Positions 23,560 through 38,018 of a stretch of 64,000 bases of DNA are shown here, one piece after another. The stretch is from positions 105,712,001 through 105,776,000 of the forward strand of contig NC_087437.1 in assembly GCF_036321535.1 (NCBI RefSeq). The letters are read 5' to 3'. Source of the DNA: Camelus dromedarius. Taxonomy: Eukaryota. The notes beneath the pieces were generated by a model. It did no database searches. It saw only the letters and a list, made by a program, of their open reading frames with translations, and was not told where the DNA came from. The position numbers were made by a program, and so were the translations under genes. How positions within the stretch are numbered: the stretch's first letter is position 1; each line of letters starts with the position of its first letter.

Positions 23560-25515
23560 ATACCACTTAATGAAGAGACTGTCTTTTCTCCATTGTATAT
23601 TTTTACCTCTTTTGTCATAGATTAACTTACCATAATTGCATGGGCTTATTTCTGGGCTTTCTATCCTGTTCCATTAATTTGTGTCTGTTTTTTGTGCCAG
23701 TACCATACTGTTTGATTACTGTAGCTTTGTAGTATAGTCTGAAGTCAAGGAGCATAATTCCTCTAGCTTTGTTCTTCTTTCTTAAGATTATTTTGGCTAT
23801 TCAGAGTCTTTTGTGTTTCCATACAAATTTTGAAAATTTTTGTTCTAGTCCTGTGAAAAATGCCATTGGTAATTTGATAGAGAATGTGTTGAATCTGCTA
23901 ATTGCCACGGGTATTATGGCCACTTTAACAATATTGATTCCTCCAATTCAAGAACACAGAATACCTTTCCATCTGTTTATGCTGTCTTCAATTTCTTTCA
24001 CCAATGTCTTATTGTTTTTGGAGTACAGGTCTTTTGCTTTCCTAAGTAGATTTATTCCTGGGAATTTTATTCTTTTTGATGTGATGGTAAGTAGGATTAT
24101 TTTCTTAATTTCCTCTCCTGATATTTCTTTGCTAGTGCAAAGAAATGCCACAGATTTCTGTATATTAATTTTGTATTCTGAAACTTTACCAAATTCTTTG
24201 ATGAGCTCTAATAGTTTTCTGGTAGTGTTTTTAGAATTTCCTACGTATCATACCATGTCATCTGCTAACAGTGATAGTTGTAGTTCTTCCTTTCCAATTT
24301 GGATTCCTTTTATTTTCTTTTCTTCTCTGATTGCTATGGCTTAGACTTCCAAAGCTATGTTGAATGAAAGTGGTGAGAGTGAGCATCCTTGTCTTGTTCC
24401 TAATCTTAGAGAAAATGCTTTCAGGTTTTCACCATTAAGTATGATGTTAGCTGTGGGTCTGTCATATATGGCCTTTGTTATGTTGAAGTATGTTCCCTCT
24501 ATGTCCACTTTATGGAGAGTTTATATAATAAATAGGTGTTTAATTTTATCAGAAGCTTTTTCTGCATCTACTGAGATGGTAATATGGTTTTTATTCTTCA
24601 GTTTGTTAGTATGTGATGGTGTCACATCATTTGCTTTGTGGATATTGAAAAATCCTTGCATCACTGGGATAAATCACACTTGATTATGGTGTAATCCTTT
24701 CAGTGCATTGTTGGAGCTGGTGTGCTAGTATTTTGTGGAGGATTTTTGCATCTATGTTCATATGTGATAATGGGCTATAATTTTTGTGTGTAATATCTGT
24801 GTCTCATTTTGGTATCAAGGTTATTGTGTCCTCATAGAATGAGTTTGAAAGTGTTCTTTCCTCTGCAATTTTTTAAAGTGGTTTCAGAAGGATAGGTGTT
24901 AACTCATCTCTAAACATTTGGTAGAATTCCCCTGTGAAGCCTTCTGGTCCTGGACTTTAGTTTGTTGGGAGTTTTTAAATTACTGATTCAATTTCAGTAT
25001 TGGTAATTGATCTGTTCACATTTTTTATTTCTTCCTGGTTCAGTCTTAGCAAATTATACCATTTTAAGAAATTATCCATTTCTTCTAGGTTGCCCATTTT
25101 ATTTGCATACAGTTGCTCACAGTAGCTCTTATGATCCTTTGCATTTCTGTGGTATCAGTTGTAACTTCTTTTTCATTTCTGATTTTATTGATTTGGGTCC
25201 TCTTTTTTTTTTTTTTTTTTTTTGATGAGTGTAGCTAAAGGTTTATCAATTTTATTTCTTCCAAAAAAGCCCAGCTTTTAGTTTCATTGATCTTTTCTAT
25301 TGTGTTTTTTTAGTCTCTATGTCATTTATTTCTGCTCTGATCTTTATGATTTTTTTTCTACTACTAACTTCGGGTTTTGTTTGTTCTTCTTTCTCTAGTT
25401 AACTGGTTTCGGTATAAAGATAAGTTGTTTATTTGAGATTTTTCTTGTTTCCTGAGGTAAGCTTGTATCACTATTATCTTCCCTCTCAGAAAGGCTTTTG
25501 CTCATCCTATAGGTT
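23560..25515 (-). mobile_element. L1 ORF2 fragment including the reverse transcriptase core, inactivated
   Basis: Minus strand LLADDMV* (F/YADD motif) at ~24254-24271; KRIKFPGINL...INRWKGILCS. Confidence 0.93.
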
Positions 25516-25519
25516 AATT

Positions 25520-25785
25520 CATTTTTTATTGAGATGAAATTCATATAATATAAAATTAACCATTTTAAGGTATAATTTTAGTGGTATTTAGCAATTGCAC
25601 AATGTTGTGGAGACACCACTTCTAGCTAGTTCCAAAACATTCTTATTACTCCAAAAGAAAACCCTGGGCCCATTGAGCAATTATATCCTCCAATCTCCCC
25701 AGCTCCTGGCAACCACCAATCTGCTTTCTATATCTATAAACTTACCTATTCTGGATATTTCACAAAAGGTTACAAATCATATGTT
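25520..25785 (-). mobile_element. L1MB-type 3' end
   Basis: tttattgagatgaaattcatataa...cctggcaaccaccaatctgctttct...cctattctggatatttc. Confidence 0.8.
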
Positions 25786-26139
25786 AATTCACTTTTTGTG
25801 ATTTTTTTTTTTGAAAACACCAAATACATGTATTGCAACTTGGAAAATATAATAAACTTACAGCTTTTACAATCAATAGAGGCTTGGTTTCATGTGTACT
25901 TTGATCAAATAAATCTAGTAAAAACAATGTTCCTTTGTTTACATCTCAGTACATACTTTTGACAAGCATCTCCTGTCCTGCAATTCGAAGCGATCATTAA
26001 AATAAACCAGTTTAATTATTTTTTAAATATCCATCTGATGTATTTTACCCTTAAATAGTACTTACTCTGACCCAGTTCTTTACAAATATTCTCTTGATTG
26101 GCATTTCTGCTCTACAGGAAAAGTACTACTGTTTTGTTG

Positions 26140-26270
26140 TTGCTGCTGTTTTTAATAGATGAGAAATCTAAGGCAAAAAGAAATTAAATAACTCACTCAA
26201 GTGTAGGTAACTAGTAAGTGGAAAATCCAGTCAGTCCAGCTCCAGAATCTATTTCTTAGTCAATATGATT
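26140..26270 (-). mobile_element. MIR fragment
   Basis: tttaatagatgagaaatctaaggcaaaaagaaattaaataactcactcaag. Confidence 0.6.
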
Positions 26271-26339
26271 GACTCTCCATTCTGTAATAGAACTATCTAC
26301 TACCAGCTATTGTTGTAAGACTCACAGTGCAAAGCAAGG

Positions 26340-26665
26340 GATGAGCATACATCCTGCCCAAGTGGCTTCTGGGTTGGACTCATGACATGTCTATGGAATG
26401 AGCAGATATATGTATGCAGGGTTCTGACCAGAGACTTTAAGAGACTTATGTGTTTCTACCAGCTCTCTTTCTCTCTGGCACAAAATGGAATATCCTAAGT
26501 GGGGGATAATCTCTTAGCCTATGGCTCATAACAAAAAGATACCTGGGGAAGAAAAAGCTTAAAGCCCCTAACATGCAATGTGAAAAATAAGTGAAATATT
26601 GTTGCTATAATCCACTACAGTTTATGGGTTTCATGTTCCTTCTTACCTGAAGTTGACCATTATAG
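26340..26665 (+). mobile_element. Old MLT1 (I/J-like) LTR fragment
   Basis: atggaatgagcagat...acatgcaatgtgaaaaataa...ttgttgctataatccacta. Confidence 0.5.
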
Positions 26666-29078
26666 TTTTTAACTACTATGCTGCATTTTCTTTCAAATAC
26701 CCTGTTCATTTATTAAAGATCAAAGTTATACTTAAGACATTGAATATTGTAGTGCCATAGCATCATAACACTGTGAAGAATCAGTTTTTGAATTCTTGAT
26801 TAAATAAATGAATACAAATATCAATTTATAAAAGTAGGCAGGCATTCAGGATATTTTATATTAAAACGGAAAATACAAATGCATACATCTCTTTTTGTTA
26901 GTATACGAACTACTTTTTCTCCACTCAGTTTCTCTCTTTTTCTCTTAGAATCTGTCTGCCTCAATTCTCTCATAGCTCTGCTTATTTTATTTATTCTCCC
27001 AGTTAAAAAAATAAGCCTAAATAATCCCTTCAGCTCTGTTCAGTTTCTTCAGACTTTTGTGCTTTGGTTCTCACAGGGACCAATTTCTGTTGACTGTTAA
27101 GTGAATAATCAAGCACAACATTTTTTTAACATTTTGGTTCTCTTGGCGAAAAACAGTGTTATTACTTAAAAAAAAAAAAAAACCTCCTTATTGATCATCT
27201 ATATTTATTAAATATCTACTAGAAACCAAGCTGAGTGCTTGGTTATTTTTAAAAGTGTGTTTCCAAAACGTCTCCAGATAGCACTAGTGCCCTTTTACTT
27301 GAAGGCTTCTAGTTCCCATGATTCATATAAATGGCATTTTATGATTCATTAGTGTATGTTCATCAGGCTCTTACCCAGCTTGAGCTCCCCATCATCTCTA
27401 AAACTTCAATAGGAAGGGACTATATTTTTAAAATGAAGAGAAATTACTTATTTTACATTTAAAAACTTAATTTTAAAAAATTTCAAAATAAGGAAAGTCA
27501 TTTATCATAAATATTATTTCAATATTCATTTTATAAAATCCAAAATATATAAAATGTTTGGGTTTGGTGGCTTAAAGAATAGTTGAGTTGAAAGATAATG
27601 TCTGGTTTTGAATATTTTTTTACATGCTGCACCTAGATTGGTGTTTGGTGTAATATTGTTGGAATACCTAACATGAAGAGTGACCAAGCCTGGCATATGC
27701 AGTTGGCATGAGCACTTACTGAAACTTCTTTCTTAACTGTATACTTCTGTATCAATGATTAAGTAGTGGAAAATATTTTATTTAATTCAATCCTATACAT
27801 TAATACATTTGTCTAATCTTCCATTTTGTGAAAGAACAAAAGTTTATGTTTTTAAAATAATAGGTGACCAAAAAAATTAAACTCATGTAGATATTTGAAC
27901 TCTTTGTGAATCAATGACTTCTATTGACATGCTCAGTATATTATTCTTCTGAATTTGAAAAGCACAAAGGATCAAGGACTTAGGAGAGTTGTAATGGTGG
28001 CTTCTTTCTGAGGGCAGCAACATGGTTGCATGCTAGACCAATGCAGTATATTTTTTACATACTTTCTCATATAGTTCCTTGTTATAAAAATCCATAAATA
28101 GAGGGGTCATTCCTTTGATATTTTGTTGCTGGAGGTAGGAACACAATTCTGCCACCCTAAGTAACACTTACATATATTAAGAAAATCCAACTCCAACATT
28201 TATGGGAAATGATATGGGAAAAGTGAGAGAGGAGAAAAGAAATTGAATTTACTGTCCTTTCTTATTTATTTTTCTCTGCATTTATTCTACAAGAAATACA
28301 CTCCTTTTTTTTCTGTTGATAAGAACATTTCAATTACCAGACTTCCTTTAATAAAATGTCTTGAAGGATAGACCATGACAGGTTTTTCTCCATTTCTAGA
28401 ATTATCAGCATTCTATTTCTAAAGGAAGGCAAGTCATTAATTATCATCAATAGTGAATGACAGTGAGAATCAACAAGCTTCCTATGTGCAATCAAAGCCA
28501 GCCATCTATGTGGACTACAACCTACAATCAGAACTGAACCATGGCGTAGAGCAGGTCAGAGGAAAGGAGAGCAGAAATGTGTCAGGCTACAATAAGCTAA
28601 GATGGTGAGGCATCAACTGTTTTTTACTGAGGCCAATCTACTTGCAGCAACAAAAACAAATGTTCTTTACCATATTATTTATGTGATGAATCAGCTGCAG
28701 AGCAGGGTATGTACAAACCACTCAACCACTTCCAAAGACATCAGTGCATCCTGAAGACATGCTCCCAGTCATGCCATGGTGGTGGAAAAACTATTTGAAA
28801 ATTGGTTCATCCTCCTGCTTTGCAGCCCTCACCCTTATAAAATGCCACTTCAAACTGTAAGTTTCTCCTCTAAATCTTAGTCTGTTAACTTTCCTTTCTC
28901 AGTTCGATTTTGCCTGCATGGTAGATTCGATTTATATTGAAAAAGATCTACAAAATTATAGAGGACCAAAAGTGTTTGGTTTATGAACTGTCTTGCAGGC
29001 ACTCCTTCTTGCTTCTTTTGAATAATAATGATAACACAGAAGACAGATGAATTCTATGGTCCAAAGTCTGTCATTTTG

Positions 29079-29155
29079 GTTATATTATATTTTATTCTAT
29101 GTATCTGTACTACACTGTACTATAATATACTGTACTACACTGTACTATACTACAC
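29079..29155 (+). repeat. Degenerate pentamer repeat with a 20-bp duplication
   Basis: ctgtactacactgtactata at 29105-29124 and 29130-29149. Confidence 0.7.
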
Positions 29156-29859
29156 AAAGCTGATAAATAATACTAACTCTCTAACCATTTATTTTCCTTG
29201 TGTTTCTCTAAATAGAGCTGGATAGCTTCTTTCTTCATTTATATAACAACTTTATAATTGTTTTACAATTTTAGTGATGGAAATTAGCAAAGTACTAAAT
29301 AACCTTAGCTTAAAATAAATCCATACTACCTTAATATTAAAAGACTCTTAGATAAGATCTTTCATGAACTAGGGGACAAAAAATCAAAGAAGTAGGTTCT
29401 TACAGCCCAATGGAAAAAATACAGTTATAATACATAATCCTGCACTAAACATATTAGCATTCACTTGAGCAAAACACTAGGAGTAAAATAAAACAACATG
29501 GTGGGAGTTTTCTTTACCTCCACTAACTGTTAATGATGCTTTGTGTTATTTCTGTTACTGTGGCCATAAGCATCAACTTTGTGGTTGATGACTCCTTTAT
29601 TCTGCTTATTCTAGAAAAACACAACAGCACACATCTCTCTTGCATTTGGAAGAGTTGACCATGGAAACAAACATACAGCGAAAATTTCAATGACTCCAGT
29701 TACTTCCCTACCCTTTTCACATCTATGAACCTAAAATAGAATCATCCTGACACATACACTAAAACTATTTTTTCAAAAGTCATCCATCATTTTCTCATTA
29801 ACAAATCCCATAGCTTGATGATCCACTTAACATAATGTGGTGCAAAAAATGTGAGCACA

Positions 29860-30175
29860 GAATCCTTGTCAATCTGTGGAGACAGAAATGGGAATTTGGG
29901 GCTACCGAGGAGACCTGACTTGTCAGATAAGATATCAGAAATGTAAAAGATACACAGAGAAAGAGATCCAGAAAACTGCATGCCAATGTGTGTAGAGATC
30001 TAGCCAGTCTTTGGTTGATTATAAGTGCAAATGCACTGAGGAAGTCTCCATGAGATGAGGCAGAAAACAGGCAAAAAACAAAAACTGAAAAAAAAAAGAA
30101 ATTTATCTGGAAATGTGAGCTGAATAACTGCTCAACTTCACAAAGGGATGAAAAATATTTGTGAACTAAACATTT
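29860..30175 (+). mobile_element. Ancient L1M 5'-region fragment
   Basis: Resembles recalled L1MC/MD 5' ends (agagatct...gtctttggttga...gaggaagtct...tcacaaaggg). Confidence 0.45.
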
Positions 30176-30660
30176 AGCTATACAAATAACAGAATGTGGA
30201 ATAATGCTTCTTTAATTCCAGATTGAAAAAAAAAAAAGTCCTCTTGGCAAATGAGTGCATCTCACAATCTCTGAAAAGGAATTTGGCATGAGACATAATT
30301 TAACCACCATAAAACAGAAAAAAAAAAAAAACCCTCTTTTATTAGGCAGTGATGAAATATTAAAATAAGCAAAAAATAACACTTGTCTTTTCCAATCCAG
30401 CATTTCTTGTGAAAGGCAGAAATACAACCTAGCTTTGATCAAATTAGATTTTAAAAAAATTTTAAGATATCTAAGCAGGTATTCATTTTGTTTTATTTTT
30501 ATTTGTCTGAAGAGCTCCGAGGCTGATAGGATAAAGAGCAATCTAAACTCTTTTAGAATGAAGTCTCAATTGCCCTGAAGTGAAAACTGGGACCGCTTTT
30601 TAGACTGCACCCCACAGGCCTACAAGAACTGGACTTTCCCAGCTTCAAGACTGGTGACAG

Positions 30661-31066
30661 TGACAGAGACATCAATGGTATAATGGATAGGAGGATCTTA
30701 CACATCTGAAGCAAGGTCCTGGAGTGACAACCCACCGTGTGCAGCAGACAGAGGACAAGACAAGGAGACAGTCTTCCCTCCCAGAGGGAGAGGGGGAGGT
30801 TATCAGTTACAGAGAGAATTGATGTCAGGCTGGCTTATTGGTTACCAAGGAAACTAGCAGAGGGGCATGCCCCTCACCAGCCCTTTGATAAGCTGTCATG
30901 GTGGAGATGTTCTGATCTAAAGATTAGACCAGTCATTAGCTGGTGCAGAGGGGAGTATGTAGGAAGGTCAGTCATGTTGAGTAGAGTGTAGGTGAAGCAG
31001 GTACTGGCTGAGCAGGGGATGTACAGAGAATAAGAGAACAGCCATCTTGGGTAGCTTGATCATACA
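30661..31066 (-). mobile_element. Probable ERV solo LTR (~405 bp)
   Basis: TG...CA bounded, more GC-rich than flanks, CCAAT on minus, 'agccatctt' near the end as in many ERV1 LTRs; TSD ambiguous. Confidence 0.55.
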
Positions 31067-32224
31067 CAGTTTCATCTCAATAATATTCTAGTAATTTGTA
31101 GTTGAAAAATCCCCACAAATTTCTCCCCCAAATCCAGCTCTTAACTAACATCCTGTGGAGAATGCAGCCCTCTGACCATTTCAAGATGTCACAATCTTTT
31201 GGGAAAAAGCTAATCCCTGAACTCAGGTTTTAGCGGGTAAATAAAAAAAACAATCTGTTTTAAAGACTGAAAAACAATCGTAATTTTCATGGACCTTACT
31301 CAACTTTCATGCAATTTCATCTATAATATGCTGGAAATTTCAGTGGAAAGGGTATATTTTATGAAGTAGAAAACTTTATTTATTATATTCCCAGAGTGCT
31401 GCTTCTATTACTAACCTCTGATTTTATTAAACCCCACTGTGATATTTTTCCTGCAATAGAGCCTATGAAAAGTACAGTTCTTCAGAAATCTCATTAAAGG
31501 CAGCCCGTGAACTGCTCCATGCAGTGTTACTGTCATCGTCCCTCCTCGTGGCACTCGCCCTCCGTTATATCTAAGGAGAGAAATCAGATTTGGAATTTGC
31601 TGGGCTCTGAGGGGGGAATTTCTCTTTTTTCAAGAGCCTGAAGATCTAAGTATTGTTTACACACTTGTGTGTAAGGTTAGCTCCCAGATAAGTTTTAATT
31701 TTTCATTTATTTATTTTTTTTTACTGGGGACTGCAATTACATGTAAACACTTTGTAGATCGAAAGTGGAAAGAAGAGTGATGGCTGTTGCATTCCAATAT
31801 GAAATCAAGAAATAAGGAATATATTCACTTCACGTACTCTTGGAATAAGAACTGGGTTGGCATAGAGTGTAGTTTCAGGCATGTATATTCATCTCCAAGC
31901 TCATCATGTTTTATACATTAAAGATGTATAGCTTTTTGCATGTTAATCATACCTCAGTAAAGTGTTTGAAAGAATTTGACTGGTAAATCATTCATATTAT
32001 TCTTAGTCTGTGCAGCGCTTGAAGAGAGACCATAATTCCAAAATAAACTTGTCACTCATTTACATTCTATGATTTTCTTGGCACATACTGGTTGAGATAT
32101 TGTATAATGAATTTACCAGAGTATATTTCTCCACTACCAATACACCATGGAATATTATCAAAATTGCATATCTTTTAAAATATAAAGTGTGGCTGGCACG
32201 GAGCCAGGAACTCTATAACTTCCA

Positions 32225-32665
32225 TGACAGTTAGGATTCAATCATAGAAGCAGAAGTACTATGTGGGGCAAGCTCAGGAGTTGAAAGTCCGAAGTGAGGA
32301 AATGGGGAATCAGAGAAGTCACCAACCAGATATTCATGCACATCCAGCGACTAGAATGGAGCCATGGAGAGTAATGCGGGAATCTAGAGGAAAATTGTGG
32401 AGTCTACAGCCAAGCACCTGGGAGAGGCCTGATTGATCAATAGCTGGAAAAATGAACTGGAGGCAGAGCACTGAAATATGCTGGAATCTGCTGATTTATT
32501 CCAGTCTATCTGTCATAAAAACCAAACCATCCCAAACTTCAAAAATCAATGGGAAGTGCCCTATTTCTGACTCCCAAATCTCACTCAAGTGAGACAAAAC
32601 CACTCAGAAAAGGATATTCTGGGAAACGCAGTTCCCAAGTTGGGAACTTAACCAAGTTGGAAGTA
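32225..32665 (-). mobile_element. ERVL-type LTR (LTR41/LTR33-like), decayed
   Basis: taggattcaatcatagaagcagaa...ggatattctgggaaacgcagttccc. Confidence 0.5.
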
Positions 32666-33023
32666 TAATGGGCCAGACCATCCCCTTTTATAATAATTGA
32701 ATCTCAAAGTATCAAAGAGAAAATAGGGTTAATAATTCTAAATGAAAAAACCATAAATATTGGAAGTGTGGTATGCGATTTTAAAGGGAAAAATAACAAA
32801 GCAATAAATAACACAAAGTATGTTTTGAAATCAGAGTATGTAGTTAATTTTAATAACTTAGGAATAAACATATATATTATAGGTACATGGTAATTAATAT
32901 TTCTACTTTAATGATTGTTAGAAATACAAATATACACTGACCTTAAATTTCTATGCAGCCTTTAACTACTTTTCTTCTGATTTTTTTCTATATTGAGCGG
33001 CAGAAAGGTGAAAAGATGAAGAG

Positions 33024-33105
33024 CGTACTGTTTTCCATAATGGCTGCACCAAACCCCATTCCCACCAGCAGTGTAAGAAGGTTCCCTCTTCTCCACACCC
33101 TCTTC
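33024..33105 (-). mobile_element. Small L1 ORF2 C-terminal fragment
   Basis: Translates GVEKREPSYTAGGNGVWCSHYGKQY, typical of the L1 3' region. Confidence 0.85.
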
Positions 33106-34867
33106 TGAGAACCAGTTGCTCACAGATGCTAATATCAAGGATGGAAGCACTACATCGTAAATTGCCAAGCTAACAACAAAAATCACTTTATGTTAAGGAG
33201 GCATTCATGTAGTCTTAGCATATTATTTTGTTTTTAGTCTTCAATAAAAGTAATCAATAGTGCACTAAATTTCTTACAATGACCATGATATTTCAGAAAT
33301 AGTGACAAGCAGTCATTATGGTATTTATTCCATAACAACTGCAAAAATGCTTTTACTACGCATTTTGTAGGTACAATCCCATCAACGTTTGTCAAGCCTT
33401 CCATTTTTTTTTAATTCACCGATAGTGTTAAGAAACAATAGGTCTTCTACACTTGTCATTCGTAAGTGTAGACTTTCCATCACCAATAAGACAAATGAGA
33501 TGATTTAATTAGAAAATGCCAGAGTATTTGCCAATGGATATAAACATATAAAGGGCAAGCAGATCTTCAATAAACAGTCTTTCACTGGGGTAAACACTAC
33601 TCTGAGAGAATCATAAATGATAAATGATGAAAATAACAAGGACTTAAAAGGAATAAAACACTATCATAAAATATTGGAAAGGAAAGAAGGAAGAAAGGAT
33701 AGAAAGAAGGAGTAATTCTGATCTACTACAGTGCCCGCAACACACTTGACAGAGAATAGCATAACTAACATGCAAATATAAATGTTGTTGGATATAAGAC
33801 TTCTAAAGTCAGAAAAATGTGACCTAAATTATTTAAATCCTTGTTTTTAATAAAGCAGTAATTTGATTACTCTTCAAAATTGTGGTGTTTGTATTTAATA
33901 ACACCAATATCTGAAAACTAACTTTCGATTTACCTATTCTAATGTTCAGTTAGGACTTAATCTGGTCAACTGTAAATTTCCTTTAAAAGACCATGACAAA
34001 AACATGATAATTGAGCAAAGATAAATTCATTAAATTTATGAGAGAGAGATTTCTACTTTGAGATGTGCCAATAATGTCGCTAGAGGGGAAATTTAAGGTA
34101 AGAAATTTACAGGATTTGGGGACAAGACTTTGAGTAGTTTAATGCAAGTTTTTCAAGGTGGGGAACAAGTTAGATACGGGAAAGTGTGCAAGATAGTAGT
34201 CTAAGACCTGGTGGAAAAGATGAGTCCAATATCCTAAGTTTTGATGAGAGACTATTATCCTAAAAGGACAGCTCTTTTCCCGAATGAGCAAGCTGTGCTT
34301 GAATAAATAATTTGGTTGACAAAAATTTCCTACAACAGTGACATTATTTACTGGTTATCAGTCTGCTGTTTCAATGTAAGAATTTCCTGCAGTAAATTGC
34401 TGCTATGTTGACCGGTGGTCATTGTTTTCAGTCTCCATCCACGGTGGATGCTTGAGTAGCCTTAATCCAAAACTGTTTCTCTGCGAACTTCAGCTGTCCT
34501 TTCATTCACGATGATTTGTCCAATTCTCAGAGATTTCCAATTTTCTGAATCAAATTTCCCACAATATATTAGATGTCTCTTTTTGATAAACTCGGGAAAA
34601 CAAATTTGGTTCTCTGGACTAGTGACCCATAAATTTTGTACAAACAGTGGACTGGGTTTTTTTAATGGTTCATAATTTGTTTCTTTGTGATATTGTAGTT
34701 ATTATGAAAAGAGAGACTTCTAGGACACGTATACACATATGTGTGTGCATTTCTAGTTTATACTGAAGTGGTGCATTTTAAAATTTACTCAGTGGAGAAA
34801 CTATCCACAACCCCAAAATATAAAATTTTATAACTGAATGTTTGATTTGTTTGAAATAACTTGTGTT

Positions 34868-35339
<472 letters not shown>

Positions 35340-37799
35340 TGCTTTTGGCTTTCACATGAGAAAGTCCATGTGCTTTTCAGATCCCAATAAGGGTTAGAGA
35401 AATAATATACACTTATGTGGCTTCTGATATACTGCTTCAGAAAAAAATGACCAAATATGTCTTCCCCTTCAATTCAAGTAATTTTCCTTTTGGATGTATG
35501 CCATTAAAAAAAAAAAAAGGTGAGTTAAAACAGAACATAGTCGAAGTCAGCATATGATGCAAGCTACCGATTTGGAAGGCATTGAGTGAAATCTAATTTT
35601 AAAATGTAAAAATAAAAGCAGGAGCCAAGGAAAGAAAGTCGTTTTCACTTCTCTATATGCCCAGCAAGTTCATGACTGTGACTTTATTGAATACTTAGTG
35701 TATCAAGCTGGCTATTTACCATAGAATATTTTGAGAGCAGCTTCAGCATCCAAAGTTACAAAGCATCCAGTAAGTATAATGTTGAGAAGGCTTGGATGCT
35801 TTGCTGAAGTTAAAGCAAAGATGTACCATGAATAGCCTTCACCCTGACTAACCAGTTCTGAAACTTCAAACCAAACATCTAATATTTAATTATAGACCTC
35901 TGACTTGTTTGTAACATATAGATAAATTAATATTCTTATAGATTTAAAAAATAAGATACTTTGGACTGGAAAAACTTTGGGAAGTCTTCTCAGATTAAAA
36001 TTACTTCCATGAAATAAGCCCTTTGTTTTAGATTATCTTGGCATGTATGTATTTGGGCTAAAGCCTCTATAATATACTTACTGATGAATTATCTTAAAGT
36101 TATTTTCCGATCATTTCACACACAAATATTATCTTTCTCTAGTTAGGCTGAAACAGTTTCAAGAGATAGAATCATGTCTTCTGTTGCCCGTTTTTCCTCT
36201 ACACTGAGCATTGTATGCCTATTTTTATGTCATTCCTAAAGGACCAACCTTTCCCTTAAAATCCTTAGAAAGTGAATTCATAGACTGAACTTCTATACTT
36301 TTTGAGGAACTTCTAAATTCCTCACAGCCTTACAGTTATAGAGCAATGTTAGGCATTCCCACCATAGAAAAATTATAGCAAGACAACATTGGAAATGCTG
36401 GTCTGTGAGCATGTGTCAGTGTCTACCAAAATTCCATGCAACCTGGAAAATGGAAAAAAGGAAAAAGGAAAGAGTAGTAAACTTCCATGCCTCTAAGGTA
36501 TGAAACAGAAGGGGCTCTGCTTTATTCTAAGATTATGTTCATTAAGTGCTGATTTGAGCAGCTACTGTCTGTTCTGACTGGTCAATTAGCATCAGCACAA
36601 TTAGTACAGTGTTTTGAATATAACCCAGGGAATGAATTATATTTTATGTACCAAAAGTTCTTTCTCCTAGGAAATGGTGGAAATATTAGAGTTTATTTTC
36701 TATTATTTTTTCTTTAATACAGTCTTAAGACAAAAAAATCCCATTAACAACCCTATGTTAGTCCTCTCTCTTCTGATGTACGAAAATAATTTTATAGACC
36801 AATAAAATCCCAAAACCTGGAAGCCATATGGAACTCCTTATTTTGCCTCCATAAGACCTTTTCTTTTTAGAACTAGTATGCTTATTTCCCTGCTTCTAAA
36901 ATGTATCACATAATTCAGTCTTTGTGCTTGCATCCAGTGTCCTAAAAACTGAAGGGAAACACATTTTTGCAGAATCCTAAATGACTAGAATTTGACATAA
37001 GACTCATGCCATAGAACAAGATAAATATAAGCCCAGCTACAAAAAAATAAATCTTATGCCTGAAACTTCACACTTTATGCATATTATTTGCACACTACTT
37101 TAAAAGAGATATCAAATATTCAAAATAGTGAGAGATGTTGAAGTGTATGTTAATTTCTGCCTTCAGATATTCATGAGCATGGCTATGCTGGGATATATTT
37201 TATCAGGGAATATAAATTTTAGAGTCATGAATTCTTAACATTATCTAGCCTAACCCCATCAGATTTAGCCGTGATGCTTATATTTACTTCTCATTGCTAC
37301 TATGGGAAGCACCGTGTTCTAAAAGAGCTGCCTAAAATTGAACCTGAGTCTTCATCCGTCAGCAATGTCTTGATCTCCAGTTTATCTTCATAGCTACACA
37401 GAGCGCATAGTTCTTTTTCACAAATATAAAAGCATTTAAAATATCTAGAATATTAGCAGGTTTTATTAACAGTGGTTCTTTTTGAAAATCCTCCACCAAG
37501 AATTGCAAGCTCCCCGTCCAAACGTTCTTTCTTTCGTTGTTTCCTAACCCCTCACAGTGTGGAATATACCCTTTTGGAGTTGTTTAAATTGTCTATTTTC
37601 CTGCAAAATTCCAAACCACAGACCTGCTTATTCTTCAGCTACCTATTTCTGAAAAGTAAGACTGGATCTTCTTGTTTTCTTGTCCCTTTTACTAACCCAA
37701 CTACCTGTGACACATAAGACCTCTGCTAACTACCAGGAGGTAGGGGAGCTCACTCACAGGATGCTTCAAACCCTTTAGTTTTGTTTCTTTGAGTTTGCT

Positions 37800-37910
37800 T
37801 TTGTTTTATTTTATTTTATTTTATCCCAGCTTTATTGAGATCTATTTGACATATCATATTGTGTAAGTTTAAAGTGTACAACACATGTTGACTTGATATA
37901 TTTACATAAA
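37800..37910 (-). mobile_element. L1MA-type extreme 3' end with (TTTTA)n tail
   Basis: ccagctttattgagatctatttgacatat...tttaaagtgtacaac. Confidence 0.8.
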
Positions 37911-38018
37911 TCCTTTAGTTTTCTCTTTTTTCCTTCAGTTATAGGTCTCCATCTTCTCCTACACCTACTGGGATATCACTCATTTTTAGATACCATGATA
38001 TCTGGGAGGGAAAAGTTA

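Noticed and set aside
23769..24683. Hydrophobic 191-aa and 108-aa plus-strand ORFs
   Set aside because: Antisense frames of L1 ORF2, a common source of false membrane-protein calls.
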